A DNA stretch of 64,000 nt from Lama glama (lineage: Eukaryota), in contig CM052818.1 in NCBI GenBank assembly GCA_028534125.1, forward strand, positions 34,474,001 to 34,538,000, given 5' to 3'. Positions 35,114 through 46,820 of the stretch are shown here, in pieces. Below the pieces are notes generated by a model that was not told the DNA's origin, did not search any database, and was given only the letters and a program-made list of their open reading frames with translations. Position 1 is the stretch's first letter. The number at the start of each line of letters is the position of its first letter. The translations under genes were made by a program, and so were the position numbers.

Positions 35114-36873
35114 CCTCGGACCATGCACCTGAGTCTGGCATCAAACCCCTGACCTCTTCCTTGTCAGCTTTGTACTGAACTAGGACTTGCTCCTGAATCC
35201 TAAAAACCAGGCAGGCCTCAGAGATTTCTGTACCAACTCTCTTATTACCCAGGTGAGGCAACCAAGGCCAGGAGAGAAGGGGCAGTGGGATAGAGCTCTG
35301 TCACTGCCAAGGGTCACAGAGGGCTCAGTCCAACTCCTCCCTGGTCTGGCGCTGGTCGGCTGGGTCTCCAGCATTACCACGGGGAGAAGAGACAGCGTGC
35401 TCCCCCACTGCCAAGTCTCTCCTGGGTCCCCAGCCTGCCCACCAGCGACAACCCAAACTAACCCTCAGAGTGGGACTGAGTTCAACCTGGAGGTAGCCTT
35501 TCAGTGAAATGGTTTGCTAGTTTAGGTTGGTGGGGATTTAAAAGCCTTCTTTCAAATACAAAATTGAAACACAGTCATTGAAAAAAATGTCAAATTCAAG
35601 TGTATGCAGTAAAAAACCAAAGGATACTGCTTTCAGTCTCTTTTCACTCCCCCTGCTCAGTGATAACCACTTTCAATGGTTTGAGACTTTGATCCATTCA
35701 CCTATAAAACAATTAGGCTTGGATTTTTTTTTTAAATAAACAGGATTCTATTATACATTCTACTTTTTTGATGTACAGTCAACAGATACTAATTTATTAT
35801 TCCTAAATAATAATTTCTTTTTAGTCCACCCTATCTCTAGGTTTCTCCTCAAAGAAATTACAGCCTCTTCCATGTATTCCCACTCCCCCCCCCCAAAAAA
35901 AAACCCAGTATTTATCCTTCCTTCTCTGAACCACTTCTCTATCTCATGCAAAATTGTGTCTTGGGGTATTGAATGGTGTTGGCCTGGTGACACATTCTGA
36001 TTCCCTGCCCTCCGCTACTTGACCGTCAGCCCCCTGAGGGCAGGACCCTGTGCACTTTATCCATCCCTCTGTCTTAAATCTCCAGAAGGTGGCTCAGTAT
36101 GTCTAGACTCCAGTGAATGTTTCTCAAAGTGAACTGGACTGACCCATGTCTCCTCCCCTGCCCTCCTTCTCTCCTGGCTGTGGTTCTTGCAGCAACCTGG
36201 GCCTGTTCTGACTGGATGGGCTAGAGAAGTGGGCAGCCTTACTTTGCCTCAGTGGGTGGTGTATGAGTGTGGGGTGGTGGTGGGGTCCAGGGACATGCAG
36301 CCCCTCTCACACTCTCTTTCCTGTGCCAGTAGGAAAAGGAAAGTAGAGGAAAGTTAAGGCCCTTCTTATGGGAAAGAAGGCCTGGGATGTGCCTGGTTGT
36401 CCCAGGGCTGGCTGCAGACATAGTTCTAGAATGGAGCTGTCAGCTGGGAGGCACCGACGCCCTCGGGGCCAGGCTTCTGCTCAGAGGAGCTGCAGGCCAG
36501 GGAAAGCCAATAGAGCTGCAGAGGCAGCAAAAGGAGGCCAAGAGAGCCCCTGGGAATGCAGCACAGTGGAGGAGACACCGGGGATCCACTCCCACGTCTA
36601 CCTCTGACCAGCCTTTTTACGTTAGTGTCCCCCTTGTCAGATGGAGCTAATGGCCTTTGACCTGCCTGCCTCACGGGGCTGCTGAGAGGGTCAGACAAGG
36701 CAATAGGGGAATTCGCCTCATCCTGGAGGGTGCCGTACAGATAGGAGGTCCCAGAGTTGTTAACAAGGGCTGTGTGAACTCCAGTGCTGTAATGATGACT
36801 CCCAGGGCAAGAGATCTGACCGCAGCTTGTGATCCAGGGTGTCTGACTCTAATTTCCTCTTTCCCCCACCCAG

Positions 36874-36932
36874 GGCAATCCTTCTACTCCCGGGTGCTGG
36901 AGAACTGTGAGGATGTGGCTGACTTCGATGAG
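36874..36932 (+). CDS. OTOF: Otoferlin exon 2 (59 bp); (G)QSFYSRVLENCEDVADFDE
   Basis: Polypyrimidine tract plus cccAG acceptor, GAG|GTAGGA donor; phases 1/0 fit. Confidence 0.96.
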
Positions 36933-37625
36933 GTAGGATACCCTTGGGGCAGCACGAGCCCCCACCCCAGGGGGGGAGCCAGCACTTCCCTTTCTCCTGG
37001 GACAATTCTGGGCCTACACCCTGAGGGGCGGCTTGCCCAGAGCTCCTCACTTCCTGGGAGGAGGCTCCCTCCCCACCTCCACCCTCCACCTCTGTGCAGG
37101 AGAGCCCCATGCAGAGCGACTGGCATTGAGAAGGGCCGGCTGGACTCATCCAACAGGCCTAGAGGGGCATCCTCCCCTGGCATGTTGGGGGCTAGGCTAA
37201 CCCACCTGGCTTCCAACAAACATGGTCTCACATGGACCTCACCCTTTCCTCTCCAACAGCTGGTGGGCTACCTCTCCCACTGTGTGTCCCCAGGAAACTT
37301 TTTTATTCTTATGAACAAACCTCGGGCTCAGAGGTTGAAAAAATCATTTGCCTCCACTTACGGCACATCATCTCATTGGTCCCTTCAAGGTCCCCTCTTG
37401 GTTTTCCACGTGTAAGTAGGGATGGATGGATGGATGGATGGCTGCGTTCTCTTTCATCTCTATATTCTTTCCCTCCAAAGACAACCATCCAAGTGTATTT
37501 AGTGTGTGTGTCTTTTGATTTCCTGTGTGTTCTTACAACATTGGTGGTGGTGTCTCATGAGCATAAAATTTTACTTAAATGGTGTCATGTTATGTATTTC
37601 ACTTTGTTTCACCAAGCACCATTTT

Positions 37626-38074
37626 TTAAAATATTTTTTAATTGAAGTATAATCAGTTTACAATGTTGTGTCAATTTCTGGTGTACAGCACAATGCTTCA
37701 GTCAGATAGGAACATACATGTATTCATTTTCATATTCTTTTTCACCATAAGTTACTACAAGATATTGAATATAGTTCCCTGTGCTATACAGTATAGACTT
37801 GTTTATTTTAGATATAGTAGTTAGTATCTGCAAATCTTGAAATTTATCCTTTCCCACCCCCTTCCCCCCTGGTAACCATAAGTTTGTTTTCTATGCCTGT
37901 GAGTCTGTTTCTGTTTTGTAAATAAGTTTGTCCTTTTTTTTTAGATTCCACATATAAGTGATATCATATGGTATTTTTCTTTTTCTGGCTTATTTCACTT
38001 AGAATGACATTCTCCAGGTCCATCCATGTTGCTGAAAATGGCATTATTTTATTATTTTTTATGGCTCAGTAGTA
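37626..38074 (-). mobile_element. 5'-truncated younger L1 (cetartiodactyl-type 3' end) with TSD
   Basis: T-tail then aattgaagtata..tttacaatgttgtgtcaatttctggtgtacagca..gttccctgtgctatacagta..ttagattccacatataagtgatatcatat. TSD AGCACCATTTT at 37615-37625 and 38077-38087. Confidence 0.88.
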
Positions 38075-38162
38075 CGAGCACCATTTTCAAGTTCCATCCA
38101 TCTTGATCTGTTAATCTGTTGCTCCTACAGTACAGTACAGATGGGACACATCCAACACACAT

Positions 38163-38275
38163 TAGGGTGACCAGTCGTCCTAGGACTTGCCTGGGACTTA
38201 TGGCATTCCTGGGACAAACTTTCAGGACTAAAAGCAGAAAAGTCATGGACAAACCAGGGTGAGTTGGTCACTTTA
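38163..38275. mobile_element. Small hAT-type MITE (MER96-like)
   Basis: Terminal inverted repeats TAGGGTGACCA ... TGGTCACTTTA (9/11), internal cctgggac motifs. Confidence 0.65.
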
Positions 38276-38299
38276 TCTACCAGCCCTGAGCACTCCCCT

Positions 38300-41200
38300 T
38301 CCCCCACACAAGGAACTCCTAGCTTGCCTCAACTCCCCACCACCAGACACGCAATGGCTATTCCTATGCTCGTCTCCTTCGGACCTGGGTGAGCATTTCT
38401 CTGGGATATACACCAGGGCCAGGAATTGCTAGCTCACAGGCCATGCATACACTTGATCTGACTGGGACGGTCACGGTTGACACTTCACTAGCAGTGTCTG
38501 TTCCCACATTTTCTTGTACACCTAGTGTTATCCAACTTTATGATTTTTTTCATCAGTCTAACAGTGATATCTCATTTTTGTTTTAAAGATACATTTAAAG
38601 ATTCTTCTTTTGTGAATTGTCTGCCCATATTCTTGGCCCTTTTTCCCTTGTATGTTCTAGATACCCACTCCTTGTTGTTTTTAGATATTGAAATGTCCTC
38701 TCCCAGTCTGCCATCTGTCTATTAATTTTGTCCTGATGCGCCTCATTGACTAGAAATTCTTAATTCTGGTGTGTTTTCAAGTTTTGTTGAAGAAGTCTTT
38801 ACAATCTTCTAGGTTACAAATATATTTTCGTGCATTTCTGGTTTTATAGTTGTACCTTTTACCTTGTATGTGGTTTTAGACAGGGGTCTGTTTTTATTTT
38901 TCTCCATATAGGGAGCCACTTTTCCTAACATCAACTTGCTAAGCAGTCAATCATCTTCTCTACATTTATTGTATATTAAGGTCTATGTCTGAGCCTTCTA
39001 GTCTATTCCTTTAGTCCATCTGTCTGTCCTTGAACTTTACTACACTGTGTTAATTAATATGGCTTTTTAAAAATGTCTTAATATCTGATGAGGCAAGATC
39101 TTTACCCTCCTTTTTTTCTGTTTTTATTTGGGGGGGGGCGGTTGGTAATTAGGTTTATTTATTTATTTATAATGGAGGTACTGGGGACTGAACCCAGGAT
39201 CTTGTGCATGCTAAGCATGTGCTCTACCATTGAGCTATACCCTCCCCCTCTTCTTTTTTAAAGTTGACTTATTTGTGGATCTTTATCTTCCAGATAAATT
39301 TTAAAGTAATTTTATAAAGTCCCCCCAAAAACCAAATGGAATTTTGATTAAATTTTATTGAATTTAAAAATTAACTTAGGAAGACATCATTTTTAATAAC
39401 ATTAAATCATCTATTTCATCTTTTACTAGGACTCTTAAGTTCTCTACAAAGAAGTCTTATGTATTCCTGATTCCTTCCTAGATGCTTTAGGGCTTTGTTA
39501 TCATGAATGGTATCTTATTACATTTTACAGTTGACTGTTGCTGGCATAGAGAAATGCTTTCCTTTTCTTTTTAAGTCCCTCTTCTATCTGGCGAACTTGC
39601 TGAACTCTCATTCATTTTAATTGTCTATTGATTCTGTGTTTCTATGCATATGATAATATTATCTACAAAAAGAAGTGTTTTATCTCTTCCTTTCCAATCC
39701 CACCTCCCCACTTCAATATCTTTCCACAGAGCAATGGCTGTGATCTCTTGTTCTATGTTAAACAGTAATGTTGATGGTGGGCATCCTTTCCGTGTTCTCC
39801 ACGTTAAAGAGAATAAACGCATCTAAAGTTTTGTCATCAAATATAATTGTTGAAATAGGATCTTATCATATAATCTTGTTTACTAGTTTACTAAGGGTTT
39901 TTATTATAAAATGTTGTTGAACTTCATCAAAAATATTTTTGCACCGATTGAGACAATCATGATTTATCCCTTTAGAATATTTCATAATGTATTATTTTTA
40001 GTACATGGGTAGATTCAATTAGCAAATATTTTTATTTAGGATTTCTGCAGCTATGTTAATAAAATTTTCGTAATTCAATAATACATAAAAATTTCTGGAA
40101 CAACACAGATAAGATAGAAATTTACTTTTCCCTGACATTTTGGAAGAATCAAATATAAAAACATTAAAGTCTAGACAGTTTGGGGAGAGGAGCTCTTTGA
40201 CTCCCTTTTCACTTTATGTCTTCTTGCACCAATTTTGGATTTTTATATTTTTCTAGGCATTCTCACATTTTATCTAGGCTTTCAAATTCATTAGCACATA
40301 TTTGATCATAATGTTTTAAAATCTTTTTTGTGTCTATAACTATTTCCCCCTGTTTATTCCATATATCATTTATTTGTGTTTTCTCTCTATATTTCTAGGT
40401 CAGTCTTGCTAAAGATTTTTTTTTAATCTTGTTAATCTTTGTGAAGAAACAGCTTTTGGCTTCATTAATCTCCCCTACTTTTGTTCTCCATTTCATTGAT
40501 TTCTGTCCTTTTCTTAATTATTTTCCTTCCGTCTATTTTATTCTGCTCTGTGACTCTTTTTCTAACTTCTTGTGTTGAGCGCTGAACTCATTATTGTTAA
40601 CTTTTTTGTTTCTTAATAATGTATTTGAAGCTATAAATTTTGCTCTATATATGGTTTTAAGTGTATCCTATAAAAATTTATGTATAACGTTTTCATTATT
40701 ATTCAGTTTTAAATATTTCCTACATTCCTTTATGGGTTTCCTGTAAACTCAAAAGTTATACAATAATACTTTCTTTAGTTTCCAAATAGATATGACAATA
40801 TAGCTCCTTATTTTATTCATTTCTAATTTTATTGTGTTATCACAAATCATAGTGTGAACGATATCGATCAGTTAGAATTTACTGTGGCTTCTTTTACGGC
40901 CTAATTCATGGACATAAATACTCCCTCTGCTTAAAAGGAATGTGTTCAGTGTAAGGCTGTATCTGTAGCTCAATATAAGCTCAAGCTTATTAGTTATTCA
41001 GTTCTTCAAATGTTCTGCTTTTTTTCTCTGGTTGATCTATCAGTTTCAATCACGATTTAAAAAAATCTGCTGCTACAGTTGTGATTTATGTATTTCTTCC
41101 TACAGTTCTGTCAAGTTGTTGCTTGATGTGTTTTGAAACTGTGTTACTAGTTGTCTATGTGTTCATTATGGCTATATCATTTTATTTTTCCTTCTACCGG

Positions 41201-42700
41201 GACTTAATATCCTTCTTTGTCTCTTGTGATCTTTTTGCATTAATTTCCATTTTGTCAGATATTAAGATTGCTATCTCAGCCAACTTTGGTTCATTTTCCT
41301 GGTATATCTATTTCAATCCTTTTAATTTCTTGGATTAAATCCTTCAATCCAATTAATCCAATCCTTTTAATCTTTTGTCATGCTCTTATTTTCAATAATG
41401 CTGGTCTTTAAATTCAAATGTGTCTTCTTAGGGCATATATTATTAGATCTTATTTTCTTACCCAATATTAGAGTCTCTAGTTTTACCTATTTATCTCAAA
41501 TAAAATTGCTGTTGATACAAGGCTTATTTCTACTGCCATCTTCTTTTCTATTTTCCATTTACTGTACTTTCTGTTTCTTTCTTTTTTTCCCTACTTTCCA
41601 ACTTTCAACTGGATAGATTCTTCTGTTAGTTGAAAAGCTATACATTCTATTTTTGTTTTCAAAGTAGTTAAAAACACTGTACTCATGTGTGTGTGTCCCT
41701 ATTGAGAGCTTACACAAATAAGTAATTATAATTTCTCCTAACGTGACAAGTACCTTAATATTCTCCTGCCTCTTTGATTTCCCCACCTCAGTCCACATCC
41801 TCATGCTGACATTTTCTAGATTCGAATTTTAATTCTGTGTTCTTATGCATGTGTGTTCTCTTTTTCCATCATTTGTCTTAGCCATCTTCGTCGTTTTTTA
41901 AGACAGTTGTCTTTACCAAGATACTTGATCACTTTTACTTCTCGTTATCTCTAAAGAACCTCGTAGAATTGTTTTCCTTCTTATTTGAGTGCCTTCTCCA
42001 GAAGCAATTTTAATTTAAATCTTTATGTAGCAAATCTTTGAAAGCTTTGTAAATCCAAGAATATATTTCTTATTTCTTCAAATTTGAATGAGAGTTTCAC
42101 TAGACATGAGTCTAAGCTCAAAGCTCTTTCCGTCACAACTTCCGAAATGTCATTCCCTGTGGCTGTTGAGAAGTCCAATGATCATCTGATTTTGTCTCTT
42201 TGTGGGTGATCATTTCTTTCTCTCTGGAAAACTTTGATATTATTAGTTTTTATTACAATGTGTCTATTGTGGATTTCCTTACCTTTCTTGTTCTGCACTA
42301 CTTTGTGAGCGCTTTCACATCTAAGGCCTTTTGTCTTTCGTTTACTGTGGAAAATTCCATCTTGGTTATTTTTTCCAGACATTCAGTTTTTATATTGTTC
42401 TTGCCAGTATTTCTTCTTCTAGCTGCCACTTCTTAGCTTTTCTGGTTTTGTTTTTTGTTTGTTTGTTTCTTTGTTTGTCTATGAATCCTTTCCTACTGTC
42501 TTCTGTTGGAGTTCTTTGAATTGATCTTTGAATTTACTAATTTGGCCTTTTTTCTTACGATGCCCAGTCCTTGTTTCATATTGCTGATACATATTTTCAC
42601 AGTCCATTTGTTCTAAGGATGTGGCTCCAGTTGGTGTGTACTGTTTAGTGTGTTGTCTTTCTTTCATAGGAGAGATTCTCTCTCAATCTCTTTACTTCGC
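38300..42700 (-). mobile_element. Long, highly diverged antisense L1 (L1ME-type) block
   Basis: T-rich + strand with L1 motifs (tttctctgggatatacacc, ttttgtgaattgtctgcccatat, tttccagataaattttaa, tggaattttgatt, gtgggcatcctt, tgaagaaacagcttttggcttcatt, gctgttgagaagtc). No intact ORF. Confidence 0.75.
39111..39248 (-). mobile_element. tRNA-Ala-derived SINE (Vic-1-like, camelid)
   Basis: Reverse complement reads GGGGGAGGGTATAGCTCAATGGTAGAGCACATGCTTAGCATGCACAAGATCCTGGGTTCAGTCCCCAGTACCTCC, then (TAAA)n, ACCTAATTACC and an A-tail. A and B boxes present. Confidence 0.88.
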
Positions 42701-45139
42701 TCTGTTTAGGCCCCCCTGGTATCAGCTAGTCTGCCTGGTGATGAGTAATGAAGAAGCATCATCAAAGCTGCTGTGTCAGTCCCTTGGGGTTAAGGGCGGG
42801 CATGAGCACCAGGGGAGCCCCAGTCACCACGGAAATAGAGTCTGGGTCTCATCTCTAAGCCTTTAAGGAGAGACATGGTTGACAGAAGGAAGTCCTGACT
42901 TTTAACAAACTAGCTCTGGGGATTCAGTGAGAGAAAGTATGAGGCAGCTGGTCTATCAACATCTATTTATTAATCTTCATCCCAGTCGGGCTTTTGTCAC
43001 AATGTTATCAGTAAAGGAGCAGGCAATGATTGCCCCAAGGTACTGCCAGGGAGAGAGAGAGCAGAACAAAGACTCCCTCCAACCTGTTCTCCAGCTGCCT
43101 GGCGAGTCCACCCTCCCCTTCCCCCGAACCTGAATGGCCACTGCTTCCCCAGCCCAGGCGCCAGCTCGCAGGGCCTGTGGTCTCCCTGCGCTTCTCACAT
43201 TCCTTTGTCTGCTTGTTACTTCCCAGAATCCATATTTCTCTCTTGCTTCTGTTGTTTCTCCAGGGTTGACTTTGGGGTGACACAAAACAGCAGCTCTGCT
43301 GTGACCCCAGAAGAGCTTACCCCAACTTTCCTGGGCTTTGCCTCTCACGTCTGGCTCTGTTTGGGCTGGGAAGGACCTCATGGCCCCTGTTCCCTTTGAG
43401 GAACACTGGCATTTCGATGAGCAGCCTCCAGGCTGAGGGGCCACCCAGAACTGCTGTCTCCTTCTCACCCAGGGCCCATCCAACACAGTGCAGCTGTGTC
43501 CATAGTCCCAGAGCTGTAGACACAGGGGAGCAAGATCTGAACCTTCTCGCCAGGCTCAGGAGCCACCACTGACCATCACAGCCCCCAAAGAGCACCGTCC
43601 CCAAAGAGAATTCTGTTCTTGCCTTTTCCACCTCCTGGCCGTGTGACTTTCAGCCTCAGTTTCTAAGCCTCAGTTACCACATTTGTCAAATGTGGCTGAT
43701 GATCCGTCTGAAGTCTCTTCATGGTTCATGAAGTAAAACTATGAACACAGTGAGGGATTCAGTGGAGCCAGTCCTGCGTATTCAGCCCGATGTCTCAGAC
43801 TCAGCCTCAGCCTCAGCCCACTGCACCACATACCCAGTCCACTTCCTCAGTCAGGCCCTGAGAGGGAGGGCCTGGTTGGGTGTAGATGCAGGCAACCTGG
43901 CCCAGCCTCTCAGTCCTGCCTCTCTGGGCCTCTGCCCCCAGTCAGCCAGGCAGAGCATCTGACTCCCTCCTCCTCACCAAGTCTCCCAGGGGACATGTCC
44001 ACCCAGGCCTCCAGCCAGCAAGCAACCTGATTCCCCTTCCAAGGGCACTGTCACTCTTTTCCATTAAGTGCACCCTGGAACACCTGAGCCATGGGTATAC
44101 ATGACATTCCAAGTTAATCACCGCATCCTTCCTCTTCCCAATGCACGGGGCAGCAGGAGAGTCAGTCCAGCCATGCACCAGCGCGGGACCACGTTCTGAG
44201 CACCTAACGTGTGCCCAGCCCAGGTAGAGATATCCCAGAGGGAGAGGCAGGCAAACAGCACACACACATCCCCGCAGGCACTTGGGCACAGGGGAGCCTC
44301 TGGGTCAGCATGGAGAGACCAGGGAGTTACGAGCAAAAGCACGTGCTAAGATCAGAGAGGAGGTGCGAGGTGGGGAGAAGTTGCTCTCACCTGGGGAAAG
44401 TTCTACGTACCCGCGGGCGGACAGGGAAGTTGCCGGTTGTCACAATGGAGAACCTACCAGCACTTGGTGGAATGGGAGCAAAGATGCTAAGTGACAGGGA
44501 CTTGCCCCTCACTTCCCCGCTGGGCAGCCCGGTGGGAAGATCACAGCAGCAGTTTCCCACAGTGGCAGCATGCTGCTTCCTGAGCAAGCCGCTTCCATCC
44601 AGTCTCCACAGCAACCAACAGGTGATGAAACTCCGGCTCAGCGTTGATGAAACTCACCTTCCCACGGTGACAGCTGTAAGCGGCAAAGCCAGGATTCTAG
44701 GTCTACACTTAGATGAGATTCTAAGCCCCCTCTGAATGCAGCAGTAAAAACTCCTTGGCCTGACCCCCACCACCCCTGCAAGGCCTTACTGGGGTCTCTC
44801 CACACCCCTGCCTCCATTTCTCCTTCTAAGAAGCAGCTTGCAGCCTGGCTGCCACTGGTCTGCAGGGCACACCCCACAAAGCACCAGCTCCCACCTCCTG
44901 CTTGGGGAGGGCCCAGGGGTCTCGCCAAAGAGAGCCTGAAGCTGCACCCATACTTACCCCTGTCTCCCCAGCCTGGGTGGACACGTCCTAAACTCCCTGG
45001 CTAGTCCCTGAAAGAACCAGCCTGTCAGTGATTCCAGATAAGCTTGGAAAAGGAAACTCAACTGTCCTGCTGAAGGCCTCTGGACTTCTGAGAAAGTCTC
45101 TTTTCTCACCGTTACTGTGTCTGGGACCTTTGAGAACCA

Positions 45140-45330
45140 GCTCAGTGAGGTATAAACACATTGGTCTTGGAGTCATGAGACTTGGGCTGCAGTCCTCACT
45201 GAGGTGTTAACAAACCCTGTGACTTTGGGCTGGCCACTCAGCCTCTCTGGGCTTTGGATTCTCCTTCTGTAAAATGGGGATAACCTCCTTGCTCTGCCAC
45301 TTTACAGAAATAGTGTGTGGCTGAAGATGA
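45140..45330 (+). mobile_element. MIR SINE
   Basis: ttggagtca...gtgactttgggctggccactcagcctctctgggc...ctccttctgtaaaatggggataa. Confidence 0.7.
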
Positions 45331-46720
45331 AATAAAAGACATGAAAACAAATTATTTCTCCCTCCTCTGCTCAGACAAGGATGAGAGGGGCTGCTGCAGG
45401 CGGGGCAGAGGAACCTGAATGGGGAGGAGGTTGAGGGACGGGAACATGGAAGAAAGACAATGCTCTGTACAACAAAGGTGGAAACAGAGCCTGGACCTGG
45501 TGTCTCCTTTCCCGGAGGCTGGAACCTGAGATCCTGCATTTAACCTGCAATATGGAGAAGCTAGAGAGAGAGAGATAGAGGCAGACAGACAGCCTTTGTG
45601 CCAGGCCAGCAGCCAGCAGAGGCCCTTGAAGGGGTGGGGGCAAGGGGTAGGAATGGCCACCATCCAGCTCAGGCCAGTTTGGTTTGGCCTTAACCAGGCT
45701 CTCTGTGGACCAGATCCCCCAAGAGAGGCCAGAATAACAATAGTATTTGTAGGAAGAAGAGCAGCTGCTGCGTGCTGAGCACTTGGCAGAGGGCAGGACG
45801 GGCTGAGAGTGTCCACAAGCGTTATAACTCACTGCAGTGCACTGGGCTGGCATCAGCACAGGCGATAAGTAGCAATCAGGATTTGAACCCAACTCTAATT
45901 CCAGAGCCTATGGTCGCTTGCAAAGTGGACAAGGCTCGGTCCCGCCCTCAAGGGGCTCAGTCCAGTAGGGAGATGGACCCAGTACAGACAAACTTGGACT
46001 ATAGGCCTTCTGAGCCCAAGGGGAGGGTATCAGCAGGGAAAGTGGAGGGTCAGAGGGATCTGATCTCATCTGCCCCCTTTGCTTATACCTGGAAGTCATA
46101 GGCTATGAGCTCCATGGGACCAGGAACATACTTTCTGCTTCATCATTGGCCTGGCATGCAGCACTGGGGAATATTGCTGCGTGAAAGAATGAACAAAAGG
46201 ATAAACCCAGCTGGAGTCCTGGGTCTTTAACTTCCCCAGACAGTCTCTTTTCATTTCACTCTAAAGCTTTGCAACACATCCTAAGATTTTTCCCTCCCAA
46301 AATCTAGAGGACTGTCCCTTTAAGGACATTGGGTTGCGGATTTTGGTTGGTTTCAAACCTCGCTGATGCAGCTCAGGATAATCCAGGTCATTCTCCATCC
46401 TGCATCAGGGAAACCTTTCCACGGAGTCCTAGATTGCTGGGGCTGATAGGATGTAGAACTCTGCTACCTTGGCCAGCACCTGCCAGGTCACAGCCAAGTC
46501 CAGAGCTGGTGAACTGGGTCACAGCTCCACACTCCCAGGGCTCCTTGAGAACCCCTTCAGATAGAGGTCCTCTTCCATCCTCCTGCCCCTAATGTTTGCT
46601 GCCTTACTTCCGTCAACATTCCTGTCACAGGCTGCAATTTCAGGTCTATGTCTGTCTCCAGAACTACCCAGGAGCTCTTGAGAGACATCCCTGCATCTCC
46701 ACACAGAGCCTGGCACACAG

Positions 46721-46820
46721 AAGGTGCTCAGCAAACGTATAAGATGCTCAGTAAACATATAAGGTGCTCAGTAGACATACAAGTGCTCAGTAGACATACA
46801 AGTTGCTCAGAAAATGTTTG
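46721..46820. repeat. 20-bp minisatellite, ~5 units (AAGGTGCTCAGTAAACATAT), derived from an L2 3' end
   Basis: Units start at 46721, 46741, 46761, 46781 and 46800. They sit between cacagagcctggcacacag and aaatgtttg of an L2 tail. Confidence 0.85.

Noticed and set aside
36657..37415. 252-aa ORF, the longest in the window
   Set aside because: It simply reads through OTOF exon 2 (GQSFYSRVLENCEDVADFDE) into intronic sequence on both sides; canonical splice sites delimit the real 59-bp exon.
46721..46820. Regularly spaced repeats superficially like a CRISPR array
   Set aside because: The units are head-to-tail with no unique spacers, are L2-derived, sit in a eukaryotic context and have no cas genes nearby.
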